NCBI GenBank assembly: GCA_951406725.2
Contig: OX597822.1
Coordinates: 18,352,001-18,416,000, forward strand
DNA: 64,000 nucleotides
Origin: Octopus vulgaris
Taxonomy: Eukaryota
Reading direction: 5' to 3'
A program made the translations under genes and the position numbers. Position 1 is the first letter of the stretch. Every line of letters begins with the position of its first letter. Below, piece after piece: positions 1 through 10,080 of the stretch. The notes below the pieces were generated by a model. That model did not search any database, had not been told where the DNA came from, and saw only the letters and a list, made by a program, of their open reading frames with translations.

Positions 1-782
1 CAATGTTTGAAGGTCATGCTTCACCACCTCATCCCAGGTCTTCTTGGGTCTACCTCTTCCACAGGTTCCCTCAACCACTAGGGTGTGACACTTTTTCACA
101 CAGCTGTCCTCATCCATTCTCGCCACATGACCATACCAGTGCAGTCGTCTCTCTTGCACACCACATCTGATGTTTCTTATGTCAAACTTTTCTCTCAGGG
201 TGCTTACACTCTGTCGAGTATGCACACTAACATTACATATCCATCAGAGCATACTGGCTTCATTCCTCGCAAGCTTACACATGTCCTCAGCAGTCACAGC
301 CCATGTTTCACTGCCACATAGCATGGCTGTTTGCACACATGCATCATACAGTCTACCTTTTACTCTGAGCAAGTGGCCTTTTGTCACCAGCAGAGGTAGG
401 AGCTCTCTGAAATTTGCCCAGGCTATTCATATTCTAGTAGCACCACTTTCAGAGCATGTACCCCTGCTACTGACTTGGTCACCTAGGTAATGGAAGCTAT
501 CAACTACTTATAGCCTTTCCCCCTGGAATGTGACGGAAGCTGTTCTCTGCACATTTTCAGTGTTTATTGCTCCTGAGCATCTGCCACACAGAAACTATTT
601 TCCTAGTTAGCCTTCCTTTGATATTGCTGCACCTCTTATGTGTCCATAGCTTACACTGGGTGCATCTTATGGAGTTTCACCCTACACCTTTTCTACAGAT
701 CGAGCAGGGCCATCTACCTGATGGGATTTGTGATTTGTCAGCCTTACTACTTAGACTTAGGTCTTTGCTAGGTTGACTCTAA
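1..782 (-). mobile_element. RTE-clade LINE fragment (post-RT region with PHD-like finger and C-terminus), degenerate; runs off the window edge
   Basis: Manual minus-strand translation: WPCSICRKGVG*NSIRCTQCKLWTHKRC...(frameshift)CGRC, then [44 protein letters not shown], which are RTE ORF C-terminal motifs. Confidence 0.85.
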
Positions 783-2146
783 GGCCTTTTTCGATACAAC
801 ATAGATTCACATATACACAGGATTTAAATTAAGCTACGGTTTACCTGTATAATGGGATTCATTTGTATCTCCTCGGGTGTGTAGTGTTTGTTAAAAAACT
901 GTCTAACCATACTCCTTCTTGTTGACTATTTTTTTCAATTTTACTTTCACACTCAATGAATACCTAAACCTGAACTTGGAAGCATAATGTAAGACTACTG
1001 GCTGTTTGCTAATTCTAAGGGTAAACGAGCTCTATTTTGTACTCTACTGTGTTCCTAATGGAATACACCTTGAATATATATATATATATATATATGCATG
1101 TATATCTGTATAAAGTGTGTGTGTGTGTGAGTGTATACGCACATGCATGCATGTAATATATGAGATACTGTGTTGACATGCATCCGTTTGCGAAGAGTGC
1201 ACTAAATGCAAAATAGTCTATGCCGTTATTTGTTCACATCATGGTTTGAAACAGAAATTTCAAAAACAAACAAAACAACAAAGCCTAACACCAAGTAATC
1301 TGAATGTCCTTTGTTCTTGCTTATTCCCTAATATTAAAGAAATTTCAATGCTCAGTTCACCAAGGAACCTGAGTTTATTTCTCAATTTATTAAATGTTAG
1401 TAAGAACAAAAGTCTTCCAACAGTGATATTCCCATCTCCTTTATTAAATCAGAATTTTGTTCTTTCCATTTCATTTTTTTTTTTTTTCAAATATAACCAT
1501 CCTGTATTTTTTGTGTGGATTCAAACCTTTTTGTTTTATTTTTTTGTTTTTTTGCTTTAATAAGAATGAAAGCCTTCCAACTGTGACTGTCTCATTTCTT
1601 TCAAAAATTAATATCATCTCAGAAACAATATAAATAAAAAACTTTAAAATGTAATATAATTTTTTATAAAAGAAATTAATGTTATTATTGCAGAATAATA
1701 GAATTCAAAAAAATAAATACAAATTATGAAGAATCACAAGAGAATTCCCTGTTTCCATCTGTAAGAACATATAGAACCATAGGGTTTACAATAAATAGCA
1801 AACGATGTTGGTACTAAGAAATATTTCATTGTACCTGTTCTCAAACAGAAGCATATTAGAACCTCTGATAATAGTACTAACTGATAATGGTACCAACAGA
1901 TAATTTCAGGTGGGTGGACTGCATGAATAAAACTGCCAGGTCAGTTTGCTTTGGTAATCTCATCAGGAAAAATTCATTACATATTTTTATTGACTGTTAA
2001 TTCCATCATAACAGAATTTCATGTTGAAATCATGTACCTCTCATGGCTACCGAATAATTGTCACATATTACATTTACAGATACATTCCCATATTTACATA
2101 ATATCGAGGTCTCTTTCATTCTTTTATTGTTTTACCATTTCTTTCA

Positions 2147-2208
<62 letters not shown>

Positions 2209-2302
2209 GAATACAAGGATAAAATCACACTGATGATTATATCAGGTAGCCAGCATGAAATAAAAATTTATAAGTAATTTATATATATATATATATATAT
2301 AT

Positions 2303-2680
2303 ACAAAGTAAGAAAATGGAGAAATACATCCAAATCAATAAACAACTACCAGATAATACCCAATCACATACTTTATTAAACCACTACATATGAACATTAA
2401 GGTTAAACATAATAATATAGAACAAAACAGTGTACATGAAGGAGTAATATGATACAATAAGTACAATATGTATAAGAGAATATAAATATATTCTACATCT
2501 TACAGCTGTTTCGGCCATGCAGATATGGGTGTCTCATTTTACTTATATTATCCATGTGGGATAGACCAATATGTAGTTATAAATGAGACATTTATAAAAA
2601 TATCCCAAGGCCTCTTCGGAGATTATGAAATACAAACCAAATTAAATATACACCCATACCTGAGTAGTAGCTCCTGTCAG
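2303..2680 (-). mobile_element. 3' terminal remnant (pLTR) of a Penelope-like element related to 37583-41212
   Basis: The start ACAAAGTAAGAAAATGGAGAAATACATCCAAATCAATA resembles ACAAAATTAGAGAATGGAGAAACATACTTAAATCAATA at 37585. Both abut (TA)n and carry the same hammerhead about 200 bp inside. Confidence 0.75.
2497..2623 (-). ncRNA. Type I hammerhead ribozyme with extended stem II; core mutated (CCGAAGA)
   Basis: Minus strand: AUCU-CCGAAGA-GGCC...UGUCUCAUUU...AAAUGAGACA...GGCC-GAAA-C-AGCU-G-UA-AGAU. Confidence 0.75.
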
Positions 2681-3343
2681 CTATGAGTTGTCTAGCATAT
2701 GTGATGACAATGCATCTGAGAGGGGGACACAGAAATACCCTTGGCTGGTGTCTGGGCATGCAGTAAAACCACTGGCAGTGAGGACCCAGAGTTGTCACAA
2801 TATCTTTCTAGTGGAGGAACATTGATGTAAAACCTGCAGTTTCACATGATTACTGGTCATCTGGTCATCTCACTTCAGCTTGTCACAAGGACCCAGAGAA
2901 TGGTGCTTGTGCTTAATCACTATAGCCCAATGATAGACAGACATCTCTTTATGGTCATTTGTCAGGCCATCTGCTGAAAGTCTGATGGCAATAGAAAAAA
3001 ACCAGTAAATTGCAGCTTTTGTCTATCACCTGTGCATCAAACCATGTGTAGATTTGCAATGGGGCTGAACATTCATCTGAGAGGCCATGGACAGAAAGTC
3101 ATATAAGCCATTGACAACAAGGAAGCACAGAGAGCTAGCAGTCATCTGTGAAGATGGAGCAATCACAACATGCACACACACACACACATGCAGAGGTATC
3201 TAAGAATCCATAAGTTAGAAAAAAATATGCACATGCCTATTTGTCAAGGGGGGGGGTTATACTGAGGGTCAAAGTGTTATATATGCATTATGGCTGATCT
3301 TACTGATTAGTTTCACACTTGGGGTTCAACTGAATGTTACATA

Positions 3344-3612
3344 ACTGAAGCATGGAACAAACTGCCGGCATCAGTTGTTAGTTGTCGGAGCACTGCATCC
3401 TTCAAAACTTCCATGCTTCCTGAGATTCGCCAACACTACACCTGATTTTCTCCCCTCCATACACACACAAGCATGTATCTCACTCATACACTGTTCACTT
3501 TCCAGACATTTGTACATTACTGCATATGCTTTATACTCACTTTTGACAAGTTGTGGTGCACCTGAGCACTGTATACAATAATTTCATTATTATTATTATT
3601 ATTATTATTATT
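3344..3612 (+). mobile_element. CR1-type LINE 3' end with (ATT)n tail
   Basis: Translates TEAWNKLPASVVSCRSTASFKTSM...* (CR1-like WNxLP C-terminus), followed by a 3' UTR and an (ATT)n tail at 3586-3612. Confidence 0.65.
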
Positions 3613-3987
3613 CAGTAGTTTTATTTTTATAGCGTGCTTTCACTTCACTACCGAGCACAGACTGTGTGCCTTGGGTATGTGCTGTGATTTGTTGTGATGC
3701 TCTTATGGTTATTGTATGGAAAGTGTTCTGTGTAGGATGTGTGCAGTGCCTAGTAGTGCAATTTTCTGTATGTTATATGTGTTTGTAAGTCCTGGTGTTT
3801 TTGTTATGTATTTGTCTGAATATTTTTTTATCATGCCTAATGCACCTACTATGATAGGAATTGTTTCTGTTTTCAGATTCCACATTCTAGTTACCTCTAT
3901 TTCCAGGTCTTTGTATTTTGAGAGTTTCTCCATTTCTTTTAGAGACACGTTGTCATCAGCCGGTATTGATACATCAATTAGAAAGCA

Positions 3988-3991
<4 letters not shown>
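3613..3991 (-). mobile_element. R4/Dong-type (restriction-like endonuclease) non-LTR retrotransposon, 5'-truncated 3' end
   Basis: Translates CFLIDVSIPADDNVSLKEMEKLSKYKDLEIEVTRMW...IPIIVGALG...IQKIALLGTAHIL, an RLE C-terminus; TAA/TAT repeats flank both sides. Confidence 0.85.
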
Positions 3992-4034
<43 letters not shown>

Positions 4035-4783
4035 ACAGCCTAACCATGTGCTCTTTAGAGATGGCAGTTATGGAATAAAATATGTCAACTACTCTCCATA
4101 GTTGAAGATGAAAAGACACATCTGGTTTGTTGTTGCTGTGAAAAAGACAACAAAACAAACCAAGCAAATGTTAAAACTTGCCCCTTGGCACCAAAACGCC
4201 ATCTGTGGAAGTGTTGCCAGGCAACAAAAGTTACCTAGAAAAAGTCTGTATGGGAAATGTGTCTGTTTTAAGGTTGGTGTCCTTGTAGAGTTGGGGTGTG
4301 TGCAGTGGTATTATTATGTTTTTTGGTAGGTGGGGGTTATTGCGGGGGGGGGGGGGGCAAAGGCTGCATAAGCGTTTGTGTGCTTATGTTTTGGTTGAAT
4401 TCTTTGCAGCATCAAAGTACAGGATGTGTGTAGTGGTACTGTATGTGTGTGTGTGGGGAGGGGAATATATTGGGGAGCAGGTAAGCTGTTTATTGGGTTG
4501 ATGTCCATCGTGTTAGGGCATGTGCATGTCTGGTCAAACATTTTGCTGGATTCCCAACTATTAGTCATGACCCCAGTAGGGCACGTAGGGACAGTAAGTA
4601 AATGAAGTTCTTGAAATCTTTATTCCTTTGTCACCATATTTCCTTATTACTGCTTTCCACTTGACTAAAACATCCTTTTGAGGCATAAGTATATTGAGTT
4701 CTACAACACCAGCTCATTAATGTCACAAGGCCAAAGCAAAATATATATATATATATACATATATACATACATACATACATACA

Positions 4784-4816
<33 letters not shown>

Positions 4817-4850
4817 GTGTGTGTGTATTATAATAGGAAGACCAGTTTAT

Positions 4851-4910
4851 GAGGTTACTGTGGATTTCTCGTCCATATGAGGTTTGGCCTTATGGCTGTC
4901 ATCAGACCCC
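4851..4910 (-). ncRNA. Candidate degenerate type I hammerhead
   Basis: Minus strand: GGGGU-CUGAUGA-cagCCAUA...UAUGGacga-GAAA-U-CCACA-G-UA-ACCUC. Stem I has 5 bp, but the base of stem II is unpaired. Confidence 0.4.
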
Positions 4911-5181
4911 AAATCTGTTGGCCTAAGACCTTTTCAAAATATGGAGGAACAAAAGCCTTGCTAGGAAGGTAAACAATCGGTGATTATCTCCCTTTGCCAT
5001 TGGTTATTACCTTTAAAATATGTATATATATATTTTACCCCTAAGGGTAAATACTCAATTGTTCTCTGCTATCAGCCATACAGCCATACTGTGTTCGAAA
5101 TTTACTTGCTTGTTTGCAAAATACCAACCATATGCGACACTTTCAAAGTTTGTTTATATATATATATATATATATATATAA

Positions 5182-5240
5182 TGGCGGTGCCCCAGCATGG
5201 CCACAGCTCATTAGCTGAAACTGGAAAAATCAAAATCAGA
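5182..5240 (+). mobile_element. Very short 3'-tail-only copy of the CR1-group LINE
   Basis: GGCGGTGCCCCAGCATGGCCACAGCTC...AGCTGAAACT matches the reverse complement of 6421-6462; it directly follows (TA)n. Confidence 0.75.
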
Positions 5241-5242
5241 AT

Positions 5243-5960
5243 CATATCTTCCTCGATCTCTCTCTCTTTTCCCCTTCTCTCCACTTTTTCTCTCTATAAC
5301 GACGTTTGACACCTCCGCTGTCTCTCTTTCTTCTCCAACGCATCGTTCAATGTATTTCTGTTTGTATCTATAAAGACGAAATGTGACAGCCGCAAAAGTT
5401 TAAATATTCCCACCACACGTCTTTCAGAAAGGTGAATTATCATCTCCCACCACTACCGCAGAATTATAACAGATATTATTTATCAGAAGATATGTTATTA
5501 TTTTGCGTGGATAAAAGATTTTAAAGAATTTATTTGTATGCTCAAGGCGATCATCGTTAACAAAAATTTGTCGGTAAATTTGAAAAATTTTCCAGTTTTG
5601 AAATATTTACTTCTTAACTATTTCCTTTGTTTTTTCATTGTAAACCAAATCATCTTTAGGTTTCAAAATATTTTATTTTCCAGTCCTCTCTTTCATATAT
5701 CACCTTTTCTTCCTCGATCTCTCTCTTTTCCCCCTTCCCTCCACTTTCTTTCTATAACTACGTTTGACAGCTTTGCCGTCTCTCTGTTACTCTTTCTTTC
5801 AAAATATACAGGGACATGTAAAATGAGGTGAGGATACGAGTGGGCTAGGTTAGAAATCCCTATCTTAAAAGATGTGGTTACTAGGGCAAAAAACGCACAC
5901 TTTGACAAGTCTTCTCTCTTTCATATATGACCTTTTCTTCCTCCGTCTCTACCTCTCCTG
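5243..5960. repeat. Unclassified repeat with three diverged internal direct repeats
   Basis: The block TCTTCCTCGATCTCTCTCTTTTCCCC...CCACTTT...TCTATAAC.ACGTTTGACA occurs at ~5247 and ~5708; a related TCTCTTTCATATAT.ACCTTTTCTTCCTC occurs at ~5687 and ~5915. Confidence 0.5.
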
Positions 5961-6004
5961 AGCAAATAAAGATATATGACTTCCACATTTGAGTGGTTGA
6001 GCAG

Positions 6005-6365
6005 ATAAAAAAATCTACAGATGGGGAAGTACCTTCTACTACCATGTTCCTAATGATAAAACTAACCTCTCTGTCTATATATCTACCCTCTTTGTAATGT
6101 TGGCAAATGAAATAAGTATAAAAATGTACATTGTCCATTTAATTAAAAAAAATTCTATATGTGGCTGAAGATTGCTCTACATTTTAAAACTGATGTAATA
6201 CTTACAGTGTTTAATAAAATGAAGTAGCATGAAACGATTGCACTACACTACCTTGGATATCCTTGTTGCATATTTTGATTATACTCACCCTTTTGATGTA
6301 TATGGATAATACCATACCAAATTCTGGTGCCTTTAACTTAAGTACCATATTCATCTGAATCTAAA
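6005..6365 (+). mobile_element. 3' terminal remnant of the PLE family at 42860-44607
   Basis: Shares TGTCTATATATCTACC...TAATGTTG, the hammerhead region and CTTGTTGC.TATTTTGA with 44340-44607; ends at (TA)n. Confidence 0.75.
6160..6247 (+). ncRNA. Degenerate type I hammerhead with extended stem II
   Basis: UGUGG-CUGAAGA-uUGCU...AGCAu-GAAA-C-GAUU-G-CA-CUACA. Stem I is intact; the cleavage triplet is GCA instead of GUH. Confidence 0.65.
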
Positions 6366-6398
6366 TATACATATATATATATATATATGTATATACAT

Positions 6399-7880
6399 AT
6401 TTTATTTTATTTTATTTTATCTAGTTTCAGCTCACGAGCTGTGGCCATGCTGGGGCACCGCCATTTGGTGTTGCTACATAATTTTACTTCACGAATGCTT
6501 TTTAGCAATTGCCATTTGGTGCATGAGAGAGTTCGGTGCAACTGCCCTCATCTGCACCTCCTGCCGTGAAGTTGGTTCATCTGGGACACCTGACAGGAAG
6601 AGATCCAGTTTTATTTTAAAGACATCTGCATCCAACCCATGCAGGTCTCTCAGGTTCTTCTGGAGGATATTGAAGAGCTGTGGACCTCTGAAGCCCAGGC
6701 TATCACAGTATCTTGTCCTACATTTTGATAGCAAATCTGGAGTCCTTGGTACTATGCAGTGGCTCCCAGTTCTAGCATTTGTGTAACTCTCGATGCCAAA
6801 ATTTGGGACAAGTCCTTCTATGATCTTCCAGATGTATATTATGGCATATCTTTCTTGCCTACACTTTAAGGAATAGAGTCTTAATCTCTTGAGTCTTTCC
6901 CAGTAGCTTATATGCTGCACAGAGGCTATCTTCTTTGTGTAGCTTCATTGGATCGCCTCAAGTTCTGTGATTAACTTGACACTGGATGGTGACCATAGCT
7001 GAGAGCAATAATCAAAGTGGCTTAGGATAGTGTCCGCCAGAGGACCATCATGGTTTCCTGGTCTCTTGTTCTAAAGGTTCTAAGAATCCATCTGGTCAGC
7101 TGCCTACATTTCATTGCCAATTTAGCAACATGCACATGAAAGGTTTCATCATCACTCATGTAAATACCCAGGTCTCGCACTTATTGTGCCTCTGAGATTG
7201 CAATCCCTCCAGGTCCAGTGTATTTATTGGTTATTGCATTTAGTTTTGCATGCTGATAGCATATAGCTTGAAACGTTTCAGCATTGAACTGCATGCTATT
7301 CTTTTCGGCCCACTTGTATATTTTGTCCAGCTCACATTGCAGGTGCATAGTGTCTTCAGGGTTCTGTATTGCCGGTGAAACTTTTGTATCATCTGCATAA
7401 CTTGTGATCGTGGCTCTCTGCATGGCTGAGGGCATGTCTGAGAGGGCCATTATGAACAGTAGTGGTCCCAAAACAGTGCCTTGCGGAACACCGCTCACTA
7501 TTTGCGTGTTAATGGAGGTGGTCTCATTGGCTACTACCACCTGGCTTCTATCCTTCAGAAAGTCATGAAGCCATTCTCCCAATTTTCCAACTATGCCAAG
7601 ATCGCGCAGTTTGTCACATATCATTCCATGATCGACTTTATCAAAGGCCTTTGCAAAGTCAAGATATATGACTTCCACATTTGAGTGGTTGAGCAGTCGT
7701 TTCAGCACCCAGTCATAGTGTTGTAGGAGCTGAGTTAGGCAGCTTCTTCCTGGTCGGAAACCATGTTGGGTGTCAGGCAGCAAGTCATTTTCTTCAAGGA
7801 AGGTGATTAGTTTCCTTCTGACTATTCATTCCATGACCTTGCTGATGTGTGAGGTCAGAGAGATATGTCTGTAGTTCTTG
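6399..7880 (-). mobile_element. CR1-group LINE, 5'-truncated, RT domain to 3' tail, disrupted
   Basis: ORF 7181-7783 has QHGFRPGRSC, YLDFAKAFDKVDH, SGVPQGTVLGPLLF and SYADDTK; ORF 6489-6920 has SYWERLKRLRLYSL...FKIKLDLFLSGVPDEP; (TAAAA)n tail at 6399-6420. Confidence 0.9.
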
Positions 7881-7888
7881 TATATGTA

Positions 7889-7927
<39 letters not shown>

Positions 7928-7938
7928 TTATATCTTTC

Positions 7939-7976
<38 letters not shown>

Positions 7977-8031
7977 AAAATTAAAAATTGTATAATACAG
8001 CAGCATTTTCGAACTTCATTTTTTACAAATA

Positions 8032-8108
<77 letters not shown>

Positions 8109-8179
8109 TTATATCTTTCTGTATATATATATATATATATAGATATATATGTATAAATGTATATTTATGTATATATATA

Positions 8180-8589
8180 GGCGCAGGAGTGGCTGTGTGG
8201 TAAGTAGCTTGCTAACCAACCACATGGTACCGGGTTCAGTCCCACTGCGTGGCATCTTGGGCAAGTGTCTTCTGCTATAGCCCCGGGCCGACCAATGCCT
8301 TGTGAGTGGATTTGGTAGACAGAAACTGAAAGAAGCCTGTCGTATATATGTATATATATATATGTATGTGTATATGTTTGTGTGTCTGTGTTTGTCCCCC
8401 TAGCATTGCTTGACAACCGATGCTGGTGTGTTTATGTCCCCGTTACTTAGCGGTTCGGCAAAAGAGACCGATAGCATAAGTACTGGGCTTACAAAAAAAA
8501 GAATAAGTTCCGGGGTTGAGTTGCTCGATTAAAGGCGGTGCTCCAGCATGGCCGCAGTCAAATGACTGAAACAAGTAAAGAGTAAAAAG
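8180..8589 (+). mobile_element. tRNA-derived SINE (cephalopod-type), near full length
   Basis: A-box-like TGGCTGTGTGGT, B-box-like GGTTCAGTCCC, body GGCATCTTGGGCAAGTGTC, internal microsatellite, and a 3' tail GGCGGTGCTCCAGCATGGCCGCAGTC...GACTGAAAC shared with the CR1-group LINE. Confidence 0.85.
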
Positions 8590-9194
<605 letters not shown>

Positions 9195-10040
9195 ATCCGT
9201 AATAATGAAGGGTGAAATTAATTAATTTGGAATAATTATCAATAACACCAAGTAGTCTTCGGCATGTAAAAGCCTCATTCGAGGAAAATTTAAGTAATAC
9301 TAAGCAATAAAGGGTTTGACAATTGCTGTTTTTACTGAGATCTCCCTTTTTAGTAGAAGAAATAGCTATAACTCTTTGACTGCTATTTCTAAATTCGGTA
9401 TGTGGTAAGGCAATTCGTTGTCAAACCCTTTATTGCTTTGTATTACTTAAATTTTCCTCGAATGAGGCTTTTACATGCCGAAGACTACTTGGTGTTATTG
9501 ATAATTATTCCAAATTAATTAATTTCACCCTTCATTATTACGGATAACCATATTTTATCTCAGTAGATGACCACAGCATCTTGTTTTGGCTACACGCGGG
9601 TGGGAAGGGGCTGGTGACACAATCTCTTCATTCACACATTGAATTTGGTGATACTAGTTGCGGATTCTAGCTCGCTCTGATACTGAGTTGAGTTGATGCC
9701 TTCTAGTATCTCAAAATTCAATATATAATCATTTATGATTATAGTATTCTACGCTGAAGAGAAAAGAAGTTCTTGGTAAGATAGAATTATTTAATATTTA
9801 ATTCTTATGCTTTCCTAAGAACTTGATTTCGAAACGTACGTCCGTAGATAACTTAAAATTGTATGATAGATTGCCGTCAATTCATTCCCTCTTACCTGTT
9901 TGTGTCTGCCTTCCAATTGCTGTTTTTACTGAGATCTCCTTTTTAGTAGAAGAAATAGCTATAACTCTTTGACTGCTATTTCTAAATTCGGTATGTGGTA
10001 AGGCAATTCGTTGTCAAACCCTTTATTGCTTAGTATTGCT
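9195..10040 (+). mobile_element. Non-coding hammerhead-bearing element (PLE pLTR or retrozyme-like) with partial tandem repeat and inverted 5' segment
   Basis: Direct repeats 9320-9444 and 9914-10037 (period ~594 bp); 9195-9322 is the reverse complement of 9418-9545; intact hammerhead at 9748; (TA)n on both sides. Confidence 0.8.
9748..9848 (+). ncRNA. Intact type I hammerhead ribozyme, extended stem II, predicted cleavage after C9842
   Basis: UCUACG-CUGAAGA-GAAA...UUUC-GAAA-C-GUAC-G-UC-CGUAGA: 6-bp stem I, complete core, G-C closing pair, inner helices AAGUUCUUGG/CUAAGAACUU and AGAAUUA/UAAUUCU. Confidence 0.9.
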
Positions 10041-10080
10041 ATATATATATATATATATATACACATACATATATATATAT

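Noticed and set aside
2230-2270. CTGATGA...GAAA as a hammerhead
   Set aside because: No stem II, stem III or stem I pairing.
8180-8250. tRNA gene
   Set aside because: No complete cloverleaf; it continues into a SINE body. The tRNA-like segment at 48241-48305 is likewise not a functional tRNA.
9457-9490. CGAATGA-GGC...GCC-GAAG as a second hammerhead in the 594-bp unit
   Set aside because: Three core mismatches and no stem III; at most a relic.
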